64,000 nucleotides of DNA, taken from Felis catus (taxonomy: Eukaryota). Positions 52,020 through 64,000 of this stretch are shown piece after piece. Where the stretch lies: NCBI RefSeq assembly GCF_018350175.1, contig NC_058368.1, positions 208,012,001 to 208,076,000 of the forward strand, in the 5' to 3' direction. The notes below the pieces were generated by a model. That model was not told the DNA's origin. It did no database searches and saw only the letters and a list, made by a program, of their open reading frames with translations. How positions within the stretch are numbered: position 1 is the stretch's first letter; every line of letters begins with the position of its first letter. The position numbers and the translations under genes are program-made.

Positions 52020-52170
52020 GAAGGCTAAAACATTCGATTGAAAGTCAGGAGATTTGAGTCCTAATTCTGACTCTGCCACTATCTAGTTGGTGACCTTTGG
52101 CCAATTACCTAACCCTCTGGGCTTAGTTACCTTATTTAAAACATGAGGGTTTGGAGGTAGATGATGTGTG
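52020..52170 (+). mobile_element. MIR/MIR3 fragment
   Basis: agtcaggagatttgagtcctaattctgactctgccact..tgacctttggccaattacctaaccctctggg. Confidence 0.7.
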
Positions 52171-52891
52171 ATTTTTATCAAAATTTCCTAAGCACTCAAA
52201 TTTTTTAAGCACCTGTTCAGAGGATACAATCTACTTCTAAGCAACTACCACATACAATCTAAAGTGCATTTTAGTTCTAAAATGTCTTGAAATTGGAAAG
52301 GATTTCTTTTTTCTATGTCCAGGTTCACTTGAGTTGTGATCATTTCAGATCCTGAGTGGTTTTACAGATGCCATGTTCCTAAGGGGGTCACATGATTTCT
52401 CAGCCCAAATTTACGCCTGGGCAGATTGGAGGATCTCTACTGTTTTCTCATTATGCAATTACCTTCTGGGGGACACAGTCTTCTTGAAGTTATATCAGTT
52501 CTGTCTTACCATGATCACTCTATTTCTCAGTCCTTTTATCTATGACTCAGGGGGAGTGGGTCCCAGACCCACCATATTGCACCTATTTGGGAACATATAA
52601 TCTACTTCCAAGCTTAACAGTGGGAAGCATTGTTTCAATTAAATATTTCCCAACAGTAAGGACTTAAGTCTACTTCTATGGCTTCCCAAGAGGCATTTTC
52701 CATGAAACTGAAAGGAACATTCTTTTAAAGAGATTGGCAAAGGCGGGCATCTCTTATTAACCATTGTGAGAACAACTTGCTTCTTGAATATGGCTGTCAT
52801 ATTTTTGCCCAAAGCACCAAATTCTATTACTTTCCTACCCAAAAATTGTCATCAGCCCTATTGCCTATAGAATTCAAGCTTGTTTACTTAC

Positions 52892-53113
52892 TTTTTTTTA
52901 ATGTTTATTTACTTATTTATTTTGAGAGAGACAAAGCACAAGCAGGGGAGGGGCAGAGAGAGGAAGAGAGAGAATCCCAAGCAGGCTTTGCACTGTCAGT
53001 GCAGAGCCTGACGCAGGGCTTGAACTCACGAACCTCAAGACGAACCTCAAGATCATGACCTGAGCCACAACCAAGAGTCTGAGGCTCAACTAACTGAGCC
53101 ACCGGGGCACCCC
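52892..53113 (-). mobile_element. CanSINE with internal 12-bp tandem duplication
   Basis: Ends ...actgagccaccggggcacccc. TSD acttacttttttt. cgaacctcaaga x2 at 53029-53052. Confidence 0.95.
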
Positions 53114-53697
53114 AACTTACTTTTTTTTTTTAAGGAAGACTTCTGTTCTGTGGCCCCATATTACCTCTCTGTCATTATTTCCCATTGTTTCAGCCTGCCC
53201 TACCCACCTCCTCTAGTCTCAAGCTTGTTTGCATCCCCAGGGAATGAGGAGAGGGAAAAACTTGATTGACTAGCTACTATGTGCTAATAACTGTCATGGG
53301 TATTTTCCCATTTGTTGTTTGATTTCATAGCTGAAGAAATTAAGGATCAAAGAGTTTGTATACATTGCCCAACTCAAAAATAGAAAAGCTGGAGTTGTTC
53401 CCAAGGGCTATTTGACTTTGAGTCCATAGTTATTTTGCCTAACACCTGCCTCTCATCCAGGGGTCCCACATCCCAACCTGCTAATCAGGAGAGTTGTTGT
53501 GGGAATTGTTCCTGACAGACCTCCCAGTATCTGCTCCTCTGGCCCTTCTAGTCACTTGTGTAAATACCTAAATCCCTGAATTACTTTCTTTTAGCCTATG
53601 TAACTAGAGAGACCAAATCCTGACTAATACAACCTATTATCAGGGAATATTTTTTTTATATAAATATTAGTATCAAATTATTTTAGAGCTTAAACTT

Positions 53698-53840
53698 ATT
53701 TTATTTACTGTTATTTTTTTAAGTAGGCTTCATGCCCAGCACAGAACCAAATGCAGGGCTTGAACTCATGACCCGGAGATCAAGACCTCAGCCAAAATCA
53801 AGAATTGGATGCTTAACCGACTGAGCCACCTGGGTGCCCC
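53698..53840 (-). mobile_element. Short CanSINE (no CT tract)
   Basis: taagtaggcttcatgcccagc..gcttaaccgactgagccacctgggtgcccc. Confidence 0.9.
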
Positions 53841-53942
53841 TTTACAAAACATTTTAAAGTAATCAAACCCAATGCTGGGCTTGAACCTATAACCCCAAGA
53901 TCAAGAATCCCACACTCTACCGACTGAGTCAGCCAGGCACCC
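53841..53942 (-). mobile_element. Short CanSINE (no CT tract)
   Basis: aagtaatc..gggcttgaacc..aaccccaagatcaaga..ctctaccgactgagtcagccaggcaccc. Confidence 0.9.
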
Positions 53943-54119
53943 TAAGAGCTTAAACTTCTTTTAACTTTGCCTCTTTGTTTTACTGATGAGGAAACTGAAG
54001 CCCAGAGAGGTAAAGAGAATTATCCAAAATCATATAGTTAGTGACAAAGTTAAAACGGTGTCTTTGCCCCAGAACAAGGGACCTAATGGCAGACTGACAG
54101 AAGTATTTTAGAATTTTAG

Positions 54120-54325
54120 AGGTTTTTAACCTGAATCCCAATCTTGAACAACACTCACTAACTCTATCTCTGTAGAGAAATCACTTCATTGCTTTGTTTC
54201 TCAGTTTGTAAAACAGGAATGATCATAACCTTTTACCCCATTATGGTGAATATTGGAGATTTCACATGTAAAATGCCTAGTACAGTATCTGTCTCATTAT
54301 GTATGCTCAACAAATGGTTAAGTGC
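54120..54325 (+). mobile_element. MIR fragment
   Basis: tgtttctcagtttgtaaaacaggaatgat..catgtaaaatgcctagtacagt..tgctcaacaaat. Confidence 0.65.
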
Positions 54326-54630
54326 GTTATTCTCTATTGTCCAGAATCAGCAAGGCCAAACTTCTGCACATTGAGGACCAACTGGAAAATGTCCAACAAA
54401 GACAAGCACCTTTCACTGTTCCTCCCACCTAAACTCCAGAATATTCAACAAACACTCTGAAAGCAAATGGACCAAGACTAATGAACTCCAAATCTGATCG
54501 CAACAATTCATTTAGTATTGCACACGGCAAAGAGTAAAAGAGTTTCTAATTAAATAAAGAGTCATGAGTTTTGCTCCATAGCACATCTAGTGCAAAGTTC
54601 AGGAGGGCATAAAAACATTACATTTTTCTT

Positions 54631-54865
54631 TCTTTTTTTTTTAAATTAAAAAAAAATTTTTTTAAATTTATTTTTGAGAGAGAGCAAGAAAGTGCACAAG
54701 CAGGGGAGGGGCAAGAGAGAGGGAAACACAGAACCCGAAGCAGGCTCCAGGCTCTGAGCTGTCAGCACAGAGCCCAGTGCAGGACGTGGCTCAAATTTGC
54801 AAAGCGCGAGATCATGACCTGAGCTGAAGCTGGCTGCCCAACTAACTGAGCCACCCAGGTGCCCC
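54631..54865 (-). mobile_element. CanSINE
   Basis: Ends ...ctgagccacccaggtgcccc. TSD acatttttctt at 54620-54630 and 54866-54876. Confidence 0.96.
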
Positions 54866-55387
54866 ACATTTTTCTTCTTCTTCCTGAAGAAAAGTTCAGC
54901 TTACTGTTATACTTTGAAGCCATGTCATTTTTTCCTCAATTCCTTTTTTTGTAGGAGGAAAGGTGGGGTAATAAAAATCTGTTTTTCAAATACACATGGG
55001 ATAGTGATAACAGTATTATTTGTATTTTCAGTGGATATTGAGAGGCATGCAAAAGGCATTGTGAAATTTATAATCACATCACATTTTTTCATCTCTAAAT
55101 GTCAGGGAGGTTGAAGAGTTCTAGAATGTCAAAGGTTCTAAGTCATGCAGAGCTCACACGCTTAGGATGCAGACACTCACCTGCTGCTATGCTCTCCCTG
55201 CGCATTGATTGACTTCGCTTATAGACGGTATCTGTGCAGGAAGATATGCATGTGAGCGGCAGGGCATCCAAAAGAGGCATCTCTCTTGAAGGTGACTGGT
55301 TGATGTGCACGGCAGGGAATGGGTGAACACGGCTGGAAATCTCGACTGAAAGTCTGATGTCTTTTGCTCCAGTGTTTATAATGTTGT

Positions 55388-55880
55388 ATAGTACTTGGGT
55401 CTCAACAGAAAACAGAGTACATTAAGGGCAATATTTGAAGAGCATGAAAAAGGGAACTACTTGTAGAGGTGTGGAGAGGGGGTCAGAAGGGACAGTGAGG
55501 CACCAAGGGGCTGAAACAGTGAGTGGCATCACCACCCCTAGGCTTGAAGGGGCAAGACAGAAGGCGGAGTTACTGGGACCTAGTAAGAGCTATAAGGTGG
55601 GAGAGGAACTGTTTGATAGGAGGAATTTGACCGTCAGTGGTTTGACCCTTAATGTACTCTGTTTTCTGTTGAGACCCCAAGTACTATACTATCAGGAGTT
55701 AGGGAAGTCAAAAATGCCCTGACCTCACTCTCTCCCACCCTCTGATCTCCTACCAGTGCCCTCCAATGACTAAACCCAAGAGAAGAAGCCCACTGATGCA
55801 AACCTTACAGGCCAACCTCCGTGGGATGTCGGGGAGTGGAGATGGCTAGAAATGGGTTTGGAGGTGCCATTGGAAGAGAA
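55388..55880 (-). mobile_element. ERVL solo LTR, LTR41-like
   Basis: gggtctcaacagaaaacaga..aaagggaacta..caccacccctaggcttgaaggggcaag..ccctctgatctcctaccagtgcctcc..gaagcccactgatgca. Confidence 0.7.
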
Positions 55881-57389
55881 TTCTGCGCGGCCAGTCTGTG
55901 AGTGCAGAGAAAAACACAAAAACATTTTTTCTTTCGTTTTTTTCTGCACTGCAATGGCTCTATGATTAATTCACCCTTACTGATGAAAAAAGTATCTACT
56001 ATATCCCTTTCCCAGATCGTATTCGATATGGCAGTTGGAAGGTTAAATTCAATGCTCTGAAAGAGCCAAATGCTCTCAAATGGGAGGATGTTTCACTTTT
56101 AAGCCAAAGTAAGATCCCTAAGGCTTGATATATTCGATAGTCTTCTGAATACGTCAGAAATTTAAGGGGCCCATTAAGTCGCACTCCTGTTCCTTGCTCA
56201 ACATAGACATAAGAATGGGGCGGATCAAGATTTTTAAGTCACCTTTAGTATTGATAAGGCCTATATTAGAAGCAAACTTTGGTAGCAAGGCCAAATGGGT
56301 TCCCAAAGAGTGCTGCAGAATATAATTCCCCCACCCAGTCATAGGCAAGGCAGGAAACTTCAGGTCTTGCCCACAGAGGCAAAGTCTTTACTGCTGAACT
56401 CTTGAGCAGGTGAAAATACGTGCTTCATGCATATGGACAGATCCCAGATGAGGAGACATGAGGGCTGAGGTGCCTTCCTTAGCTGCTTCTCCCCAGTTCA
56501 GAGGATAAATCTGTCCTCATCCCAGGCTGGGAAGAGTTCCAACAACACTTAAAACATATGCAAACAGACAAACCAAAACAACAACAACAACAGACAAACC
56601 AGACTGAGCCCTGGTGCATCCACCCATTATCCCCTTTTGGATGGCAGGACCCATGGTGGGAGCCATCTGTGGGAAAAGGGGATCCAGTTGTCTCTCAAGG
56701 AATGCATTGGTGCCCAAACCCAACTTCTGGGACTGGGAGCCCTCGTTGGAGCTGTTGACACTGATCTGCACAGCTTCTTGCGGGAGACCAGGTCCGCGTC
56801 TCCCTGCTCCCCCCAGAGCCTCTGTACCCCTACGCTGTGGGGAGAACGCAGGAGGACCGGGCTCCATCCTCGCTCTGTCCTCCAGGTGGCAGAAGCACTA
56901 TCCGGACTGTCTGGTGCCTGGGGCAGCCTCAGGCCAAGCCAAAGATAACATTGTGTCCGTGCACAGGAACACACTGTGCTTTTTTAGGTTCCCAGGAAAC
57001 CAAATCGCGGTGAAGGTCAACAGTGTTCTTAGACCACGGGTAGCTCACATTTCGGGTTAAGAAGAACAAATATGAGGCCCCAGGACTTCCTGCCATCAAG
57101 GGCTCAAGAGCCCCCTCTTAGGTCCCCTCTGATCCTCTGCTAACCAGGTACTTTCAAGCCCTGTTTACTCAGCGCAGACCTCCTTGAACACCATAACTGA
57201 AGCACTCAGTGTAGAAAGCTGCTCCAGTGGATCTGGAGAGAGAATTAAGGAGTTGCAAAGAGCTTCCTGCCCTGACCCCATTGGCTCTCTTCCTTGGGGT
57301 ATCCTCCCTCCCCACCAGGCCCATCCTAGGATAGTGGGACAGAATGCAACCCTCTCACCCCACGGTCAGCAACTGGAGCCACATGTATG

Positions 57390-57880
57390 CCATTGCCTCC
57401 TTGATATTTCTTCCCAGGTGTCTCACAGGCACACATCCCACCTGCATCCCAAGCCTCTTCCCCGTCTATGTAAAGGCAGACCCGCCCAGCCAGATGTGCA
57501 AGCCGGAAAGGAGTCACTCCTGCTAGCTCAGCCTACATCTGAGTCATTGCCAACCCATTTCCATGCTGCCCCCTAATTATCTCTTGAGCCCCCGCTACCA
57601 TCCTGCTTAGCGCCACCACCATCTCTTGTCCTACGCTTGTGCCTGCATTCCCTCCCACCCTGTCTCCGGGTCAGATCTGCACTGCGGTTGGAATGGTTTC
57701 TTCAGAATGCAAAACTTGTCATGTCACTTCTCCCCTTTAACGTCTTCTGATAGCCTCCTCTTGCTCCTGGGACAGAAATCAAGACTCTAAAGGGGCTCCC
57801 TAGACCTTAATCTTGCCCTTGCTGCATCTCTGGCCTCTTGTCCGGCTCTGGTCGGCTTGGCCTCCCTCTGTATTCCAGTC
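57390..57880 (+). mobile_element. L2 fragment
   Basis: ttgcctccttgatatttc..ggtgtctcacaggca..caccaccatctcttg..aatgcaaaacttgtcatgtcacttc. Confidence 0.6.
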
Positions 57881-58275
57881 TCCCAGACACCATTTCCCAC
57901 CACCACCAAAGGGCTTCTCCAGCGTCTCCTGTGGAAGTCCTGTTCTTCCCCTCGGCTATGTGTCTCGCAGGCAGGGTGATGCCACTAGGGTGGGCTTTGG
58001 TGCCCAAAGGACTTACCTCTGGAATTGCTCCACGAAGACCCCGCTGACTTTCCCAGAGACATTTCATGGACTTAACTACTTTAACTACTTTAGGAAGTCT
58101 CCTCTCCCAAACTGCCAAGGCCACCTCCCTTTGGGGGAATTTGATGGAGCTAAGGAGGGTTCTCCTGGTTCTTACCCTGCTTGGGGAAGAGTGCAGACTG
58201 AGGTCCATAATGTGAACCAGAAACTCTTGGCTTTCTCTCACTCTGTCTCTGCCCTTCTCTCTTTTTCTCCCTCTC

Positions 58276-58315
58276 TTTTCTTTTCTTTTCTTTTCTTTTC
58301 TTTTCTTTTCTTTTC
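58276..58315. repeat. (TTTTC)8 pentanucleotide repeat
   Basis: Direct reading. Confidence 0.95.
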
Positions 58316-58559
58316 TTCTTTCCTTATTTTTTTTTTTAAACTCTTCAACCAATCCCACTGCTAAGGCATTTTTTCCTGTCAGGGGAAATGCAAACCAAAC
58401 CCCCTGCTTAGGAGCTGGCTGTGAAAAACCAGGTCGGCATGACCGAGTGGTCCCTGGGCCAGCACGCCAAGCCCACAGAACTGAGGGGACTTGGTCTGAT
58501 GCACACTATTTTGTAGAAAGGTATCTGTTTGTGCCTTTCAGAGTACATAGGTCTCCCAT

Positions 58560-58620
58560 AGTGTGTGTGTATCCATAGCATGTGTTTGCATATGTAATGT
58601 GTGTATGCACATGCACACAT

Positions 58621-58655
<35 letters not shown>
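58560..58655. repeat. (TG)n-rich microsatellite region
   Basis: Degenerate TG/CA repeats ending in a perfect (GT)n run. Confidence 0.9.
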
Positions 58656-58657
<2 letters not shown>

Positions 58658-59892
58658 GGGGATCTGGGTAGGGACTCGCCCTGTCTCCACAGACAGCCTT
58701 TCTCCCTTCCCCAGCTGCCGAGGTCTCTGTAAGAAATCCTGGGTAGTTAGTGACCATCTTTCCTGGGGTGGCCATGGGAACGCACCTTGTGGACCTCCAA
58801 CTACGGGGAGCAAAATTGACCCTCACTGCTGTGACCTGAGGTCTGGCTCCTGTTTGCCCTGAGGTCGTTCTTCAGGTTAGTCCTAGCCAACAACTGTAGA
58901 CAGCAGGGAAACCAAGGCAGGCCTGTGCCTGGGTGACACAGGACTCCTCTGATAGCTGATTTTCACTCAAGGCCCCCCTGAGCACCTGGCTGAAACTTTG
59001 AAGACTGCAGGGCAATCTAGGAGTGTCCATCCAAGCCACTTGCCCCCTTTGCTCTATTTGGGTCAAACTTGCATTGCCACTCTCAGCTATGCCAACACCC
59101 TATACACAGTGTCTCACAGTCATCTCCCTTTTTGCATCCTGGCATGTTTTATCCCACTTTAGCATCTGCTTCTTGGATAATCCAGAGTAACACATCCTTT
59201 TACCCATCTCCTCTGGAAGAGCAGCCCATTGAGTTACAGCAAATTCTTCCGCTGTGTTTCTGTAGGCTGTCTAGACCTTGAAACAAGAAAGGCTGAAAAA
59301 CGCTAAAAACGACTTATAAAGAGTGCATAGACATTTAGGTGGGCCACATATGCTGCATTTTTTATGTAAACTAGACAATGGCATGTTTCTAAAAATGCTC
59401 TTGGAAAGGAGTGAAACAGCTCAGTGTGCTGGGGTCCATAGGCAGTCCTTAGTCCCCCTGACTTTCTTCTTGACTTTGAGAAGCCTTTATATAGTGACAA
59501 ATCCATCAGTGACTGCAGCAAGGTCAAAGTTTTGGGCATGGAGAGCAGGGCCACCTTAGCATTTAATTCCAGGCTCTGAATACTCTTGGTCTTGTGGATA
59601 GAGACAGAAGCCAAAAGGGAAGGCTGCATATTCCAAATGGAAGGGAGGAAACCAGTGAGGGAGCGAACAAAGCATCTCTTCTGAAGTGGGGTTGCCAAGG
59701 CTGTGGGAGAGGAGGATAAAGTCAATGACTCCACCAACCACTGATAGGATGGTATCATAGACATGTGTCTGATGTTTCTTGTCATTTTGTGTTCCTACAT
59801 GTTCATATAAATGAAGTGCCTTTAACCTGGGAAGTGACTGATCTGTGATTCTAACCAGAAAGTATTTATCGTTAAAAGTAACCACAGCATTT

Positions 59893-60114
59893 GGGGCGCC
59901 TGGGTGGCGCAGTCGGTTAAGCGTCCGACTTCAGCCAGGTCACGATCTCACGGTCCGTGAGTTCGAGCCCCGCATCGGGCTCTGGGCTGATGGCTCCAAG
60001 CCTGGAGCCTGTTTCTGATTCTGTGTCTCCCTCTCTCTCTGCCCCTCCCCCGTTCATGCTCTGTCTCTCTCTGTCCCAAAAAATAAATAAACGTTGAAAA
60101 AAAATTTTTTTTTT
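59893..60114 (+). mobile_element. Young CanSINE (SINEC_Fc-like)
   Basis: Near-consensus body. Perfect 18-bp TSD aaagtaaccacagcattt at 59875-59892 and 60115-60132. Confidence 0.98.
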
Positions 60115-62304
60115 AAAGTAACCACAGCATTTAGTGAATACTTATACATTGCCGCACATTATGTCAAGCGCTTCACACACAGTCATTGAACTTTCAATTT
60201 ATAGAAGAGGAAATGAGTGGTGGGGTAGATTACACTAAAGATGCAAGTGTGTCCCCTCAGATTTTTTTCAAAACAGATTTATTTTCAATGATCGAATCGA
60301 CAATTGGATCAACTAATCAAGGGTTCTGAGAAGCGAACCACCCGGGACACTTCTGCAGCAGGTAGAGTTTAAAAAGCTGCCCTGCGTTACACAGCTAGTA
60401 ATGACAGAAGCAAGATTCATATGCAAAATCGTTAAACTCCGAAGATTTCTGTCCCTTGGAACAATAACAGTGAGCACGTAATGCTAGAGTTTAATGCTTG
60501 AGAAACTAATGACAACAGACTACATGGTTAAAGAGTAATTCTATATGAGAAATTACTGTGGATTTGAACCCGAGTTCTAGTTCAGTGGTCCAACGACCTT
60601 GACAAACAGCTTTCTCTGGGGAGAAAAAAAACCTATCTTCTTAAAAGTACGAAAGGACAACGATATTGAAAAAGCACCGCCTTCTGTCAAAAGCAATAGG
60701 AGGACTAACAAAGAAAATGAGGTGACTCTTATCAATATGGCACACAATGTCACTGTCTCAATCAAGCGGATACCCCTCCAGCATTCCCATGGGTGTAGGA
60801 AACATATCATCATGGCTGGGTTTGTTCTCCTTGCTTCCTTACGGCCATAGAAATTCCAAGTTGCAGACTGAACTAACTTGGAAAAAAAAATCCTTACTTC
60901 TTTGAAAATTATTCACTCTTTTCCGCCTGTTTTCTCCCTGAGAAATATTTTTGAACAGTGTTTGCTCCCCCCTATTTATAGCTTTCCAGTTTTGGCAGGT
61001 ATGGGAGAGTTTATAAGTGGTTTGTTTTCTTTGCTGTATCCAGTGTTGATTCAAGTCGCTTTAGCCACTGGAACAATTGGAAGCACTTTCAAGGAAGGTT
61101 GAAATCTGTTGATGACTGATAACATTGTGAAATCTAGATCATCTCAATCAAGATTTCTTTGGGGGGTTCAGGTCAGCTAGAAAATCTTAGGAGTGCCATG
61201 ATTTGAATAATTATCTTTACTTCTTTGTCAGTGATTGTTTTGGAGGAAGTTTTCCCCTTGACATAGGTAGGAGGAGTGTCTCCTGAACAGTTTCTCAGTT
61301 GTTGGTAACTCTGGGTTGGACTCTTAGTTTAAGGGCTAGATAAGAATGCATGTGGCAGGCACTCCATATCTGAGCTCTGGCCTGTGAGGGACCTTCCTTA
61401 GGAACCTATGTCTAACATTTGGGTTTTAACCAAGTTTCACATGCTGACCAGAAGCAAACATTAGTGGTTCTTTTGTTTAGGAGAGATGCCTGGAATTTCT
61501 GGGTTTTGTTTCATAAATGATTGAACTAAATAAATACATTTGAAAGCCAGTAGAATTATAGGCATCTTCCCCTCCCATCTCGCATGTTTTTATGGGTGGT
61601 ATGGTTGTATTTTGTTTTTTTTTTTTTCTGGATTTTTCCACCCTTTGCCTCCCTATAATTTGTGGGCCTTAAGAAAAGTCATGGTTGGCCCTGTAAATGA
61701 ACAGGGAGAGCTTATTTGGGGTCATCTCACTTATTCTTGTCGCCTGGTCCTTGTCTGCGGTGCTATAGGGAGGGGGGCACAAGTAATAAAGAACCTCAGC
61801 ACAGAGAGATGGATTTCTAACTCCAAAAACACCAGAAAAAAACTGCAGTGTTTCTGAGATTCAGTCACTCTGGGAAAGTCAGCCTCACTGGGGACAGGAG
61901 CACAATGACGTGGTTGCCTGCTTGTCATCTGATCCAGGAGAAGTTTGGATAGGATAGAAACATCATAGCTCACAAAGACTCTTTTGAGAATATGAGGCCT
62001 TTGAATAGCTCTTCCCTATCCAGTTGGGGCTGCAGAAAAGGCAACATCCTCACCTACACCTGTCAGGCCAGGAACTTTCCCCAGTTTTACTCGAGTAAGG
62101 GACTTTCTCCAAGATCACTCAGTGAGGCTCAGTCAATTCTAGAAAGAGATCTGAGGCAGCTCCATACCCACCACCCACCCCTACCCCCCCCCCCCCGCCA
62201 GTCCCCTCACCCCATCCTCTAACTGGCAGATCAGTTATTTCTTTGATCATCACTGTGATTTACAGCCCCTCCTCTTTTTAAAATGTGCTAAGTACTTGAA
62301 CAAA

Positions 62305-62780
62305 GTCTTTTAACAGGTTTCATTATGAAAAATTCAGATATATACAAAAGTAAAAAGAATAATATACTGAACTCCACATGCCATCACTCAGATTGAGCAG
62401 TTATCAAGAGTTTTACCATAAGAGTTGCTCCCTTACTTTCCTTCTTTTAGAGGGAATCCCAGACGTCAGTGATATCTCCTCTTAAACTTCTTACACAGCT
62501 CCAGGCCCTGTAGATATTTCCATGAGTAGCCATGCCATTTTCCCACTCATGAAATTCCTTCTATCATGTCCCACACACTTAGATCAACTGCCCAGTTGTC
62601 CCAAAGGAGTCTATTTACAGTTGATTTGATTGAACAAGGATCCTACCAGCGGCGTCTTATTGCCTTACATATCTTCCCTCTGCCTTTATCTTCTACTTCC
62701 CTGCCACAAACTTTTTGGAGGAACCAAGTCAATTGTCTAGGTGGTCATTATTTTCCCACAATTACATGTATTATTTGAGA
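62305..62780 (-). mobile_element. Old L1 (L1MC/ME-like) 3' fragment
   Basis: ttattatgaaaa-like start, atatacaaaagt..gaataatata..ccatcactcag, aatcccagac, tttacagttg. Confidence 0.6.
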
Positions 62781-63171
62781 ACTGAGAGTTAGAAAACCTC
62801 TCCCACCAAAAACTCTTATGGCAACCAATAAAGACCATTAAGTTTCTGGATTGCAAACATTGTCGATGTATAAACCATATGTAGGTAATGATGATAGACC
62901 TCCTCTCCCAAATAAGAATTTCCTTAGATGTCAAAATAGCTTAGTAATAAGGGTTATCATATAAGCCACTTAATGTGATTTAGGTATAATTCTTTTCTTA
63001 GAGATACAAAGTAAAGTAGCAGGACAAGAACTTATTTTTGAGGTATTAGGTTGATACTAGATGGGAGTAAACACCAATAAAAGTGTCTGGGCTATGCTAG
63101 GAGACACAGTCCACAGTTGCCTCGTGTTCATTCCTGGACAAATCCCTCATCCCCTATTTTTCTATCACTGA

Positions 63172-63575
63172 GTTTTAAAATCAGCTTTACTGAGGTAACC
63201 TACAATAAATAATGAAGTGTATATATTTAAAGTCTACAATTTGATACTTTTTGAAGTATGAATATACCCATGAAACCATCATCACAATTAATATAATGAT
63301 CTTATAACTCAACTCTAAATTTCCTTGTGCCCCATAGTAATTCCTCCCTCCTGCCCCCATTCACACCTCCTGCCTACCCCAGACAACCACGGATCTGCTT
63401 TCTGTCACTGTAGATTAGTTTGCATTTTCCAGAAAGTTGTATAAATGGAATCAGACAGCATGTACTCTTGTCTGGCTTCTTTCATTGAGCATAATTATTT
63501 TGTGATTCATCATTGTTGTCTGGAGTATCAGTAGCTCATTCTGTTTTATTGCTGACTAGTAATCCACTGTGTTTA
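63172..63575 (-). mobile_element. L1MB-like 3' end
   Basis: cagctttactgaggt..tatttaaagt..cccatgaaaccatc..cagacaaccacggatctgctttctgtcactgtagattagtttgcattttc..ataaatggaatca. Confidence 0.88.
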
Positions 63576-64000
63576 TTCCTGATTAACCACGGTTAAGAAT
63601 TTAGGAGTCCCCTTAACTGGATCACTCCTAAGTCTTTGGTGACTTCAGTACTTCCGATGACACACTGGCCTTTCAAGCCTGGCAAATAACACTTCCTCTA
63701 TAAACCTACTCCTGAGAGAATAAATCCTTGAATTATCATTTCATTCTTGAACCTCCGTGATCCCGGTTCAGACCTGAAGTGTCACTTGTCCTCTTCCAAT
63801 TCTATAATTATACGATCATATAGCGGGGGTGGGGGTGGGGGTGGGGGAAGAGTGGTGTCAATGTAATAAATCATAATGACGCCACTTTTCGCTTAAAGGT
63901 AACACTGAAATCCCTTTACCCACTAATCTTCTGAATGCTGTCTTGAGCTGTGAAATATTTGAAGGCTCCTGTCTCTTTAGTCACTGTACTATAAATCCTT

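Noticed and set aside
57807..58364. Two antiparallel 183-aa ORFs, the longest in the window
   Set aside because: Their length is partly due to the stop-free (TTTTC)n tract (KRKEK and FFSFL repeats) and GC-rich L2-adjacent sequence. No domain is recognisable.
2185..60114. CanSINE heads as tRNA genes, or dispersed repeats as a CRISPR-like array
   Set aside because: The heads are tRNA-derived but continue into CT tracts and A tails with TSDs. Spacing is irregular at kb scale with no repeat-spacer periodicity.
1..64000. The supplied six-frame ORFs as genes
   Set aside because: All are 183 aa or shorter, many start at non-ATG codons, overlap on both strands, or translate SINE or microsatellite sequence. 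None resembles a cellular protein I recognise. Small spliced exons cannot be fully excluded without alignment.

Overview
This is mammalian non-coding genomic DNA, almost certainly from a felid. About 21 tRNA-derived CanSINEs are present, five of them near-identical copies of the young cat-type (SINEC_Fc-like) subfamily, plus a carnivore-type L1 3' end. I find no protein-coding exon, RNA gene, CRISPR array or prokaryotic feature that I can support. The supplied ORFs look like chance ORFs or translations of repeats, and the only protein-like signal is decayed L1 ORF2 C-terminus. The window is intergenic or deep-intronic and consists of retroelements (CanSINE, L1, L2, MIR), solo LTRs (MER34-like, MLT1A-like, LTR33-like, LTR41-like, an ERVL-like LTR), hAT-Charlie DNA transposon fossils (Charlie1-like, MER33, MER102, MER5), microsatellites, and several repeat-free blocks that may be regulatory. 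I see no evidence for a novel multi-gene system. The most notable observations are nested insertions with readable target-site duplications (TSDs), a young SINE lacking a TSD, two short SINEs inside one TSD, and candidate cis-regulatory blocks (a Hox/Cdx-type motif cluster near 20.5-21.1 kb, tandem octamers, a CTCF-like site). Repeat family names come from remembered consensus sequences, not a database search, and boundaries of old repeats are approximate.
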